This document shows positions 1 through 8,530 of a DNA stretch of 64,000 nt, one piece after another; position 1 is the first letter of the stretch, and every line of letters starts with the position of its first letter. The stretch covers positions 18,372 through 82,371 of the forward strand of contig VHCZ01000003.1 of NCBI GenBank assembly GCA_016871535.1. The letters run 5' to 3'. The translations under genes were made by a program, and so were the position numbers. Below the pieces are notes generated by a model. That model saw only the letters and a list, made by a program, of their open reading frames with translations. It ran no database searches and was not told the DNA's origin. Origin of the DNA: Verrucomicrobiota bacterium. GTDB taxonomy: Bacteria; Verrucomicrobiota; Verrucomicrobiia; Limisphaerales; SIBE01.

Positions 1-1
1 C

Positions 2-1525
2 ACCGTCACCGACAATGGCCCTGGGCCTGCGAAGTCCGCAAGCACGTCCTTCACCTTGACGGTGAAGGCCAACGAAGCACCGACGATCTCCGCAATCTTG
101 GGGCAGACGACCGAACGCAACAGACCGACCTCCTCCATCTCCTTTACGGTCGGAGACAAGGAAACTGAGCCGGCATCACTCGCGGTCGCAGCAACCACTA
201 GTGATGTGAACATCGTTGCTGTCTCTGGGATCGCGCTGGGTGGAAGCGGAGCAAACAGAACAGTCGTGGTGACTCCTGCATCAAACGCCGTAGGATCCGC
301 GACCATTACCCTTACGGTCACAGACGGCGGTGGGATTACCGCAAGCACCAGCTTTACGCTGAAGGTCACGCAGCCTCCTGCCGTGAAGGGCGATTTCAAT
401 GGAGACGGTCAATCCGACTTGTTGTTCCAGGACAACGATGGATTCTTGGCTGTCTGGCTGATGAATGGGACAACACTCTCATCAGCGGGCTTCACTCTGC
501 CGAGTAACGTTGGTGATGCCGCCTTTAGAGTCGCGACGACAGGCGACTTCGATCGCGATGGAAGTGACGATATTATCTTCCAGCATACCGATGGCAGCCT
601 CGCAATCTGGTTCATGAACGGCAGTCTGCAAAACAGCGGTGCGCTCATCAATCCCAGCAATCCAGGCGACAGCCGCTGGCGCGTGGTCGGAGCGGCCGAT
701 TTGAACCGCGATGGCAAGCTGGACTTGGTCTTCCAACACAGTGACGGCACGCTGGCCGTGTGGTACATGGACGGCACAAGCCTGAGTTCAGCGGCACTTC
801 TCAGCCCTGCTTCACCTGGTGACTCGAAGTGGAAGGTCGTTGGAGTGGGTGATCTCACGGGAGACGGTCGTGAGGATCTGGTCTTCCAATATTCCGATGG
901 CACCATGGCGCTCTGGGCGATGAACGGCACAACACTGACTACCGCCAGCCTGTTGAGCCCGTCAAATCCAGGAAGTGGCTGGAGAGTCGCTGGAACAGGC
1001 AAGATCTCTAAGGCGTTCTCCGTGGCGTTGACTGGGGCTGCGGAAAGGCCGAATCCAGTGACGACGACTGCGACCGGCTCAGGCAAACTGACAATCGTCG
1101 GAAATCAACTGTCGTTTAACATCACATATTCAGGTTTGTCCGGTGTGGCAACGGGCGCGCACATTCACTTGCCTGCCAGCACTGAACAAACAGCCGGTGT
1201 TTCCATCAACTTCCAGGCCTTCAACGGCGGCGCATTTGGCACATCAGGAAGCTTGGTTGGGACAGTTACACTGACGGCTGAGCAACTCGCAGCGATCGTC
1301 GGAGGACAAGCCTACGTCAATGTGCACACTGCGGCCAACGCCGGCGGCGAAATTCGAGGACAAATCGTTTCGGATGCGTCCGCAGCCAGCAAGGTGGACT
1401 TGATCTTCCAGAGCGCAACGCGCGACTTGGCGGTTTGGTTCTTGGATGGAACGAAACTAAGGTCCGCTCAACTCCTGACGCCGAGTAATTCCGGCGGCAC
1501 ATGGACCTTGGTCGCTCCGAAGTAA
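2..1525 (+). CDS. Secreted FG-GAP/VCBS-repeat protein with CHRD domain (5' end cut by window edge)
   Basis: Frame is open from nt 2. Nt 2-70 (TVTDNGPGPAKSASTSFTLTVKA) repeats the later Ig-like unit ITLTVTDGGGITASTSFTLKVTQ. FG-GAP-like units: GDFNGDGQSDLLFQ, GDFDRDGSDDIIFQH, ADLNRDGKLDLVFQH, GDLTGDGREDLVFQY. CHRD-like block GAHIHLPAS...NAGGEIRGQI. Confidence 0.8.
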   Translation, partial: TVTDNGPGPAKSASTSFTLTVKANEAPTISAILGQTTERNRPTSSISFTVGDKETEPASLAVAATTSDVNIVAVSGIALGGSGANRTVVVTPASNAVGSATITLTVTDGGGITASTSFTLKVTQPPAVKGDFNGDGQSDLLFQDNDGFLAVWLMNGTTLSSAGFTLPSNVGDAAFRVATTGDFDRDGSDDIIFQHTDGSLAIWFMNGSLQNSGALINPSNPGDSRWRVVGAADLNRDGKLDLVFQHSDGTLAVWYMDGTSLSSAALLSPASPGDSKWKVVGVGDLTGDGREDLVFQYSDGTMALWAMNGTTLTTASLLSPSNPGSGWRVAGTGKISKAFSVALTGAAERPNPVTTTATGSGKLTIVGNQLSFNITYSGLSGVATGAHIHLPASTEQTAGVSINFQAFNGGAFGTSGSLVGTVTLTAEQLAAIVGGQAYVNVHTAANAGGEIRGQIVSDASAASKVDLIFQSATRDLAVWFLDGTKLRSAQLLTPSNSGGTWTLVAPK

Positions 1526-1546
1526 TACCTGAAATCTAAAGAGCGA

Positions 1547-1584
1547 AGCCACCCCGGAACTCTGACCGGGGTGGCTTTTTGTTT
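1547..1584 (+). terminator. Intrinsic terminator after the FG-GAP/CHRD gene
   Basis: Perfect 11-bp stem agccaccccgg / aactctga / ccggggtggct followed by ttttgttt, about 20 nt after the stop codon. Confidence 0.8.
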
Positions 1585-1592
1585 CTGTGAGG

Positions 1593-2621
1593 ATGTTGAG
1601 CAATGCTCACACACAGAAACCGTTAGACAAACGACTCGGCTTGAGATCGGAAGCCTTATTAGAGTTGCGACAGGTTTGCCTTGATTTGGTGCTCGATGAT
1701 CGAGCTAAGCCAATTCTTACCAGTCTGAACCTCTCAATCCAGGAGAAGGAGATACTCTGCCTTGTTGGAGAGAGTGGATGCGGGAAGAGCCTAACCGCCT
1801 TGTCAATTGCTCGGCTTATCCCAACCCCCCCTTTTAAGTTTCGGGGCGGCGAGATCTTCATTCGAGGAGAAGACGTTTTGAGCATGACGGGATCGGATCT
1901 TCGGAGGATTCGTGGGCGTGTTGTCAGTTACGCGGTCCAGGAGACTGGTGGAGCGCTGAACCCAATGTTGAGAGTTGGCACCCAGATCGCGGAGGTCTTA
2001 GCCCTACAGGGTCGATCCGCGTACTTGAATGACGAACTGATCCGGTTACTGAAGCGCGTTGGGATCCCTGACCCTCATTTGCGCGCTCGGAGCTACCCTC
2101 ATGAACTTTCAGGCGGAATGCGACAGCGCATCTGCATCGCGGTGGCACTTGCCTCACGGCCCGAACTCTTGGTTGCTGATGAACCGACGACAGCCCAGGA
2201 CGCTACTGTGCAAGTCCAGATACTGGATCTCCTAAGGGAGCTAAGGGATAAGCTCGGACTGGCCGTGCTGTTTGTGACGCACAATCTGGCGATTGTTTGC
2301 GAGTTTGCTGACCGGCTCGCGGTTATGTATGCCGGTCAGATTGTCGAAATTGGACCTGCGAAACTGTTAGTAAGACGGCAATTCCACCCTTATACAAAGG
2401 CTCTAATTCAATGCACGCCTAAAGCGGGGAGTTCTAAACTAGCAGTTATTCCAGGCCAGGTTCCTCCAGTTGGTTTCTATCCATCTGGATGCCGCTTTCA
2501 TCCCCGTTGTTCTTGGGCGAAGTCTGAATGCTCAACAGTAGAACCCGATCTGGACCAAGTCCTGCCTGACCACTGGGTACGCTGTCCATATTGGAGTTTG
2601 ATTCCTGAGGGGACCGGTTAG
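1593..2621 (+). CDS. Peptide/nickel-type ABC transporter ATP-binding protein (OppD/DppD-like)
   Basis: Walker A GESGCGKS, signature LSGGMRQR, Walker B LLVADEPT, oligopeptide-type C-terminal extension HPYTKALI...CRFHPRC. ATG at 1593; GTG at 1587 is also possible. Confidence 0.9.
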   Translation: MLSNAHTQKPLDKRLGLRSEALLELRQVCLDLVLDDRAKPILTSLNLSIQEKEILCLVGESGCGKSLTALSIARLIPTPPFKFRGGEIFIRGEDVLSMTGSDLRRIRGRVVSYAVQETGGALNPMLRVGTQIAEVLALQGRSAYLNDELIRLLKRVGIPDPHLRARSYPHELSGGMRQRICIAVALASRPELLVADEPTTAQDATVQVQILDLLRELRDKLGLAVLFVTHNLAIVCEFADRLAVMYAGQIVEIGPAKLLVRRQFHPYTKALIQCTPKAGSSKLAVIPGQVPPVGFYPSGCRFHPRCSWAKSECSTVEPDLDQVLPDHWVRCPYWSLIPEGTG

Positions 2622-2632
2622 GAGGGCAAGCT

Positions 2633-3595
2633 ATGCCGGTGGTTGAAGTGCGCCATTTGACCGTTCGCTTCCATCCGTCGAATCGAGCTTTTCGAGGCGA
2701 CAGCCACATGATTCGAGCGGTGGACGATGTAAGCTTTGACCTGGCATCTGGGCAAACCTTAGGACTTGTTGGCGAGAGTGGATGCGGCAAGACGACGTTG
2801 GGATGCGCTGTGGTGGGGTTAACAAAAGCAACGTCGGGCGGCGTCTGGTTCGATGGAGAGGACATCACGACCTTGAATCGAACGGCCTTGCGATCGCGGC
2901 GGCGCAAGTTTCAAATGATCTTCCAAGATCCTCAGACTACACTGGACCCTTGCATGACGGCCGGAGAGATTGTGAGTGAGGCACTCGAAATCCAGAAACT
3001 CGTGCAGAGTAAACAAGAGCGGCGTGACCGCGTCCTTGCTTTGCTGGAGAGCGTCGGGCTGGACTCGACGCAGCTTCATCGCTATCCGCACGAATTCAGC
3101 GGCGGCCAAAGACAACGCATCGGAATCGCCCGCGCCCTTGCGGTTCGGCCCAGATTGATTGTTTGCGACGAACCGGTCAGCGCTCTGGACGTGTCCGTGC
3201 AGGCGCAGATCATCAACCTGCTTCGTGATCTGCAACGTTCGCACGGCATCGCTTATTTGTTCATTTCGCATGATTTGGCTGTTGTTGAACACATCAGCCA
3301 TCGAATGATGGTGATGTATTTTGGAAAGCTGGTCGAGATCGGCGACACGAAGGCGATCTGCAAAGCACCGAGACATCCCTACACGCAGGCATTGATGTCG
3401 GCGGTTCCTGAAATTGATTCGGAATCCAAGCGTCGCCGAATTATCCTTCGCGGAGAACCGCCTTCACCGATGTCCCCACCGCCAGGTTGTCCGTTCCATC
3501 CGCGCTGTCCCGTTGCCATAGAGCGGTGTCGGACCGTCGTTCCTGAACTGCGGGAGGTTGGGGAGGATCACCAAGTTGTTTGCCACCTGGCCTAA
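2633..3595 (+). CDS. Peptide/nickel-type ABC transporter ATP-binding protein (OppF/DppF-like)
   Basis: GGAGGG 7 nt upstream of the ATG. Walker A GESGCGKTT, signature FSGGQRQRIGIARAL, Walker B IVCDEPVSALD, C-terminal HPYTQALMSAVP...GCPFHPRCP. Confidence 0.92.
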   Translation: MPVVEVRHLTVRFHPSNRAFRGDSHMIRAVDDVSFDLASGQTLGLVGESGCGKTTLGCAVVGLTKATSGGVWFDGEDITTLNRTALRSRRRKFQMIFQDPQTTLDPCMTAGEIVSEALEIQKLVQSKQERRDRVLALLESVGLDSTQLHRYPHEFSGGQRQRIGIARALAVRPRLIVCDEPVSALDVSVQAQIINLLRDLQRSHGIAYLFISHDLAVVEHISHRMMVMYFGKLVEIGDTKAICKAPRHPYTQALMSAVPEIDSESKRRRIILRGEPPSPMSPPPGCPFHPRCPVAIERCRTVVPELREVGEDHQVVCHLA

Positions 3596-3643
3596 TTTCC
3601 CGTCGCTTTTCATCCGCGCCGGCGTTATGAATCAGCATGAAGT

Positions 3644-4423
3644 ATGGCTGAAGACTTGGCTCATCGAGCGCCAGAGAATCGCACTCCCCGAAGCACCTGG
3701 GCGAAAGCCACGGCCTGGATGGTAGTCGTTTTTCTTTTCGTGGCCGCGAGCATCTATGTATTTCGTTCGCTTCGGAATCTGCCGGGAGAACTCATCGAGA
3801 AGACTGGCAGCACCGTTGAACTGGCCAGCGCGGCGTTGAGGGACATCGCGGCGGCGTTCAGCCAGGGCACGGTGACGACCTCGTTTATTAGTTACGCCAC
3901 CAGCCTGCACGCGAATCACTATTTGCAGTTTGCCACATTGAGGCAGATGGAGTCTTTCACGAGAACTGACGAAGCAAGCACGGGTTTCGGCTATATCCCC
4001 CTTCCAGATGTGGTGATCGAGGCCCGCGCGCCTGTGGAATACACCTTCTACATCGATTTCAATGCCCGGTGGGATCTCATTCTGCGCAACAACGTCGTCT
4101 ATGTTTTGGCGCCTTCGATCCAGTACAACGAGCCTGCCGTGAACGCTTCAGAGATCACTTACGAGGTTAAGAAAGGGAGCCTGTTCAGGAGTACGCAGCA
4201 AGCCAAAGAGAACCTCAAGAAATCCGTCATGTCCATGGTGCATCGTCGAGCGAAAGAAAATGTCGCGCTGGTGAGGGAAACGGGCCGCAAGGAGGTCGCT
4301 GATTTCGTTGAGAAATGGCTGGTCAAATCGTTCGCCGATGGAAGCAAGTACCCGGTGAAAGTATTCTTCGCGGATGAGACCTTGCCGGCGGATTTGCAGA
4401 TGCTGCCGAAGGCTGCGGACTGA
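3644..4423 (+). CDS. Membrane-anchored hypothetical protein (DUF4230-like by recollection)
   Basis: Single N-terminal TM segment AWMVVVFLFVAASIYVF and coding-like composition. The family assignment is unverified. Confidence 0.55.
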   Translation: MAEDLAHRAPENRTPRSTWAKATAWMVVVFLFVAASIYVFRSLRNLPGELIEKTGSTVELASAALRDIAAAFSQGTVTTSFISYATSLHANHYLQFATLRQMESFTRTDEASTGFGYIPLPDVVIEARAPVEYTFYIDFNARWDLILRNNVVYVLAPSIQYNEPAVNASEITYEVKKGSLFRSTQQAKENLKKSVMSMVHRRAKENVALVRETGRKEVADFVEKWLVKSFADGSKYPVKVFFADETLPADLQMLPKAAD

Positions 4424-4429
4424 GCCGGG

Positions 4430-5284
4430 TTATTGACCGGGCAAGCGCGGAATCCGCTGAACTCCAGGCAGAGGCGCAGTTGGGTCAGGAATGCCTGGCG
4501 GTGCCGGTGCGAGCGTCGTGTTGGGCAGGCCCGGAGTGGGAGGAAGCGAAGGGTTCGCCATTCGGTTAATCTCCATCATGATCACTTGCTCCTCGGAACT
4601 CATCGTGCTCTTGGGCATTGGGGGCGGTGGCAAGTTCGATACCGGCGTCCCGCTGAATCCATACGCGGTAGAACCCGGTTGTCCCGTCTGAAGCCTGGGT
4701 GTGCGGGAAGGAATTGTCGTTATTCCCGGACCGGAGGAAGGCGCCGGCGCGATACCTGTGGTGACAGGCATGACATTGACTCCTCCTGGGACTGGCGCGG
4801 ATCCGGGCGCCATACCCGGGACTCCAGGCCCGCCAGGTGCTCCGGCGATCGCGGGTGGCGGCGTGGTGGGCGGTGGGACTCCGTGCGTGGCAAAAGTCAT
4901 GACGGTTTCCGCGCCAGCAGTGCGGATGCGGACACTCTTTGAGGCGTCATCTATGGCCACGACTTCAATCCCATCCTTTTTCTCTTCAATCCCTAGACTG
5001 AAGTATTCGGGAGCTTTGGTCTTAGGGTCGCTCGCCATGAAGTAGGCCTTAAGAGATCCAAACGAAGTAATTCCCGTCAGTTTCAGATCGCTCTTGGCCT
5101 GTTCCACGACAGGTTGTGGCGGCGGCGCGGGTGGCGGCGGCGGTTTAAGTCCAAATGGATTTCGTTCGGCGATCGTCTTGTACGGATGGTCCGCCGGGCT
5201 GGTCTCATTCGTTGGCACATCAGCGCGGCAAAGCACCGTCAGGCAGCCGATGAGGCAGGCCACTCTGATTCCATCTCGATTCAT
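4430..5284 (-). CDS. Secreted proline-rich hypothetical protein
   Basis: ATG at 5284 gives the signal-like N-terminus MNRDGIRVACLIGCLTVLCRA. A small folded region (LKLTGITSFGSLKAYFMASD...VRIRTAGAETVMTF) is followed by a long P/G/A-rich tail. The ORF-track start at 5413 is probably too far upstream. Confidence 0.6.
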   Translation of the reverse strand: MNRDGIRVACLIGCLTVLCRADVPTNETSPADHPYKTIAERNPFGLKPPPPPAPPPQPVVEQAKSDLKLTGITSFGSLKAYFMASDPKTKAPEYFSLGIEEKKDGIEVVAIDDASKSVRIRTAGAETVMTFATHGVPPPTTPPPAIAGAPGGPGVPGMAPGSAPVPGGVNVMPVTTGIAPAPSSGPGITTIPSRTPRLQTGQPGSTAYGFSGTPVSNLPPPPMPKSTMSSEEQVIMMEINRMANPSLPPTPGLPNTTLAPAPPGIPDPTAPLPGVQRIPRLPGQ

Positions 5285-5433
5285 GAGCGAAATATAGCGC
5301 ACAGTTCCAATAAACACCAACTCCAGCACTTGGTTGCCAGACCGCAACCGTGGTTTGCTGACGGACGGCGGGCGATTCAGATCATCCAGTAATCCACGAA
5401 TCCACCTATCCAATATCCAATCCGCTCATCCGT

Positions 5434-6459
5434 TCAATATGCGGCCTGCACGCCCTTGACAGAATGCTTCTTCATCCAGGGCATCAATGACCGCAGACGG
5501 GCGCCGACTTTCTCGATAGAGTGCTTTTCCCCCTTCTTCAGCAGAGCGTTATATTTCTTGTAGCCAGTTTGATATTCCTTGACCCACCCTTTGGCGAACT
5601 TTCCGGATTGAATTTCCTTCAACGCCGCCTTCATGCGCTTTCTCACGCTGGCATCGATGATCTTTGGTCCGATGCTCACGTCGCCCCACTTGGCGGTTTC
5701 CGAGATGGAAAAGCGCATTCCGCTGATCCCTGACTCATTAATCAGGTCCACAATCAACTTTAGTTCGTGGAGGCACTCGAAGTAGGCCATTTCGGGCTGG
5801 TAACCCGCCTCGACCAACGTCTCGTATCCGGCCTGGATCAACGCCGTGGTTCCACCGCAAAGCACGGTTTGCTCCCCGAACAAGTCGGTTTCCGTTTCCT
5901 CCTTGAAAGTGGTCTCGATCACGCCTGCCCGTGTGGCTCCAATTCCCTTGGCCCAGGCCAAGGCGACGTTCTTGGCCTGCTTGCTTGGATTCTGGTAAAC
6001 GGCAATCAACGAAGGCACGCCTTTGCCCTCGGCGTATTGTCGGCGCACAATGTGTCCAGGGCCTTTTGGCGCCACCAAGATGACGTCCACTTGCTTTGGC
6101 GGCAGAACGGTTTTGAAGTGGATGGAGAAGCCATGCGAAAACAGGAGCGTCTTGCCTTTGGTCAGGTTCGGGGCGATGTCCTTTTCGTAAGCAGCCGGCT
6201 GTTTGGTGTCGGGCAACGCCACCATGATCACGTCGCCGCGCCGAACTGCTTCGGCGGTGCTGACGACCTCAAAGCCCCTTTCTTTGGCAACAGGAATGGA
6301 CTTGCTCCCTTCGTATAGGCCAACAATCACGTTAAGTCCGCTATCCTTCAGATTAAGTGCGTGAGCATGGCCTTGGGAGCCGAAGCCCAAGACCGCCAGG
6401 GTCTTTCTCTGGAGGATATTCAGGTTTGCGTCGCGGTCAGTATAGACTTTAGCAGGCAT
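5434..6459 (-). CDS. ilvC: Ketol-acid reductoisomerase (class I)
   Basis: 341 aa. Rossmann motif [18 protein letters not shown]. Full-length similarity to KARI, including the C-terminal knotted domain ([11 protein letters not shown]...). Confidence 0.95.
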   Translation of the reverse strand: MPAKVYTDRDANLNILQRKTLAVLGFGSQGHAHALNLKDSGLNVIVGLYEGSKSIPVAKERGFEVVSTAEAVRRGDVIMVALPDTKQPAAYEKDIAPNLTKGKTLLFSHGFSIHFKTVLPPKQVDVILVAPKGPGHIVRRQYAEGKGVPSLIAVYQNPSKQAKNVALAWAKGIGATRAGVIETTFKEETETDLFGEQTVLCGGTTALIQAGYETLVEAGYQPEMAYFECLHELKLIVDLINESGISGMRFSISETAKWGDVSIGPKIIDASVRKRMKAALKEIQSGKFAKGWVKEYQTGYKKYNALLKKGEKHSIEKVGARLRSLMPWMKKHSVKGVQAAY

Positions 6460-6485
6460 TTGTTGCTTTCCAGGTTAAGGGTGGA

Positions 6486-6608
6486 GTCAGTTGTCAGTGG
6501 TCAGTCTTCAGTAATCAGTATTCGGTATCGGCCACGTATCAGGAATCTCGTTTTCTTACGCGCCACAAGATTGCAACTGGATACTGATCACTGAATACTG
6601 CATACTGA
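6486..6608. repeat. Inverted pair of 7-nt-period tandem arrays between ilvN and ilvC
   Basis: 6486-6527: gtcagtt gtcagtg gtcagtc ttcagta atcagta ttcggta. 6574-6608: caactgg atactga tcactga atactgc atactga, the reverse-complement motif. The spacer is 46 nt. Confidence 0.85.
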
Positions 6609-6620
6609 CGTCTGGCCCAA

Positions 6621-7094
6621 TCATTTTCGAGGCAGCGCCACTTTGCCGGTCCGGGTGAGCCCCAGAATTCCGAATGATCCCATCAATTCCACGAATTTCT
6701 CAACTTTGCTTTCCCCGCCGGTAATTTCGATCGCCAGGCTTTCCGGTTGCACATCGACGATTTTGGCTCGGAAAATATCCGTAATCTGCATCACTTCCGC
6801 CCGGGAAGCCGAGTTCACGGAAACCTTCACAAGAACCAGCTCCCGGTCGATATATTCGTAATCCCGGAAATCCTGGACTTCGAGAACGTCGATTAGCTTG
6901 TTGAGCTGTTTGACGATCTGTTCCAGCGTGGCGTCATCCCCTCGGGTGACGATGGTCATCCGTGAGGTGTTCGGATCGTGCGTTGGTCCGACGTTCAGGG
7001 TGTCGATGTTGTAGCCGCGTCCGCTGAACAGTCCAGCGATGCGCGTGAGCACGCCGAACTTGTTTTCCACCAAAACCGAGATTGTGTGCCTCAT
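6621..7094 (-). CDS. ilvN: Acetolactate synthase small (regulatory) subunit
   Basis: 157 aa. N-terminal ACT domain HTISVLVENKFGVLTRIAGLFSGRGYNIDTLNVGPT followed by an AHAS small-subunit C-terminal domain. Confidence 0.93.
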   Translation of the reverse strand: MRHTISVLVENKFGVLTRIAGLFSGRGYNIDTLNVGPTHDPNTSRMTIVTRGDDATLEQIVKQLNKLIDVLEVQDFRDYEYIDRELVLVKVSVNSASRAEVMQITDIFRAKIVDVQPESLAIEITGGESKVEKFVELMGSFGILGLTRTGKVALPRK

Positions 7095-7131
7095 AAAAAA
7101 CTAAACCCGCCTTCCGGCTGGAATAGCGGGC
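7095..7131 (-). terminator. Terminator/attenuator hairpin abutting the ilvN start codon
   Basis: Minus-strand RNA: CCCGC-UA-UUCC[AGCC]GGAA-G-GCGGG followed by UUUAGUUUUUU, then the ilvN AUG at 7094. Confidence 0.7.
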
Positions 7132-7167
7132 GACCTGTGAGCAAGATACCGAAGCCTCAAGGCCGCG

Positions 7168-7221
7168 TTAGTCAACGACGACTACCACGACTGGCTCAAG
7201 AGCTTCGGCGGAAATTTGCAT
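7168..7221 (-). CDS. Candidate ilv leader peptide MQISAEALEPVVVVVVD
   Basis: 17 codons plus TAA. Six consecutive Val codons (GTC GTG GTA GTC GTC GTT). Lies 36 nt upstream of the terminator hairpin. Confidence 0.6.
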   Translation of the reverse strand: MQISAEALEPVVVVVVD

Positions 7222-7228
7222 CGGCGCG

Positions 7229-7257
7229 AAAGTAACAATCACCCCACCATCGGTCAA
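7229..7257 (-). promoter_or_regulatory. Possible sigma-70-type promoter for the leader transcript
   Basis: Minus strand: TTGACC - 17 nt - TACTTT, with the -10 box ending 7 nt before the leader ATG. Eye match only. Confidence 0.3.
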
Positions 7258-7333
7258 CAGGTTTTTCGGGTGGGGGGCGTTTGAACGCGTTTGAACGTCA
7301 GCCGAGAGGGGGAGAGTGATAGTCGCGAGTCAG

Positions 7334-7365
7334 CCACTACTCCATTACTCCAGCACTCCATTTCC
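7334..7365. repeat. Tandem 8-nt-period array (CCANNACT x4)
   Basis: ccactact ccattact ccagcact ccatttcc. Same ACTCC-type motif as at 57437-57464. The complementary partner upstream (about 7308-7332) is weak. Confidence 0.6.
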
Positions 7366-7488
7366 GAAAACAAATAGGCGACCCCACTCAGGGTCGCCTT
7401 AGCGTGGAACGAGGGACTGCCTATTCGTTCTATCTGTCAGGTGTTTCTTAAGCAGACGGTGTACCTTCTCAAGTTTGAGATTCTAAAC

Positions 7489-7893
7489 TCATTTTGCCCG
7501 ATTTGCCGTATCTTCTGTTGAAGCCGACACCGCTTCGGCGTCCGTGAATACGACAGTTCCGCCTTGGTTTTTGAGCTGAGCAAGGACCTTCCAGTGGTGC
7601 AGGTCTTCGGAAGCTTCGAGCAGGTATTGCTCGCCCGATTGGCTGTCGATCTGGATGGTGGCCGCACCGTTCTCGTCGAGTTCGCTCGCGGTGAGCTTCG
7701 GCGACCGGATTGCCAGGATTCCTTGCGGCGAACCCGTCGAGAAGAGCGCCAGGCCACCCTGTCTCTCCCCCCTCGGCGGAGGAGACGGTGGGGTAGGACG
7801 ATGAGGGGACGTTCGTGGGAGAGAGAACGAGTTCCAGCGCTCGGCGCGAATGATGCGTCGCGGCTGGCCGAAGGTGCGAACAGTGATTAGCAT
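7489..7893 (-). pseudogene. Orphan fragment resembling the C-terminal beta-sandwich domain of large secreted proteins
   Basis: The tail ...IQIDSQSGEQYLLEASEDLHHWKVLAQLKNQGGTVVFTDAEA looks like the terminal domain of big PVC surface proteins. The sequence upstream of it is low-complexity. ATG at 7893; the longer ORF-track version overlaps the DUF1802 gene. Confidence 0.3.
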
Positions 7894-7899
7894 GCAAGC

Positions 7900-8478
7900 A
7901 TGCGTATCGCTTTCAAAGAATGGGCCGTGGTTGTGGACGCCCTCGGATCCGGAGAACAAATCCTGATCTTGCGCAAGGGCGGAATCAAAGAGGGGCGCGG
8001 CGGATTCCAGGTCGAGCATCCGCAGTTCCTGCTTTTCCCGACTTTGTTTCATCAGCAGCGGGAGTCCGTAATCGCGCCTGCCCAGGCGAGGTTCGATCAA
8101 ATCGCACCGGGATTTGCGCGGCCCGACAGGCTCAGGATTGAATTCTTCGCGGAAGTCGCCGCCTGGCAACGGCTGGATTCATTGGCCACGGCCGAGCAGC
8201 TTCGCGGACAGCACATCTGGCGCGATGAAGTGATTCGGCAACGTTTCGATTGGGGGCGGGACAAGACCATCCACGGGCTGGCCGTGCGGGTTCGCCGTTT
8301 GCCGCGAGCCGTCGAACTGCCGATGCTCGCTGGCTACGGCGGATGCAAGTCCTGGGTTGAACTGGCCGAGGACATTTCAATTCAAGGCTCGCCGGTGGTC
8401 CTCAGCGACGATGCATTCGCCGGCAAACTCGAACGATTTCGGGAAACGCTTCAGGCGTCTTCCGTGCTACCGCCGTAG
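7900..8478 (+). CDS. DUF1802 family protein
   Basis: The N-terminus IAFKEWAVVVDALGSGEQILILRKGGIKEGRGGFQVEHPQFLLFPT matches my recollection of DUF1802. Confidence 0.75.
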   Translation: MRIAFKEWAVVVDALGSGEQILILRKGGIKEGRGGFQVEHPQFLLFPTLFHQQRESVIAPAQARFDQIAPGFARPDRLRIEFFAEVAAWQRLDSLATAEQLRGQHIWRDEVIRQRFDWGRDKTIHGLAVRVRRLPRAVELPMLAGYGGCKSWVELAEDISIQGSPVVLSDDAFAGKLERFRETLQASSVLPP

Positions 8479-8530
8479 ATTTTGAAAACCGAGCTAACCT
8501 GTGGCCCAGCCCTGCAATGAAGAAAACCCG

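Noticed and set aside
6486-6608. Possibility that the periodic arrays here and at 30151, 49205, 49946, 51639 and 57375 are CRISPR arrays.
   Set aside because: The period is only 7-9 nt and there are no unique spacers. Arrays have 3-6 units and no cas genes are present. This is not a CRISPR architecture.
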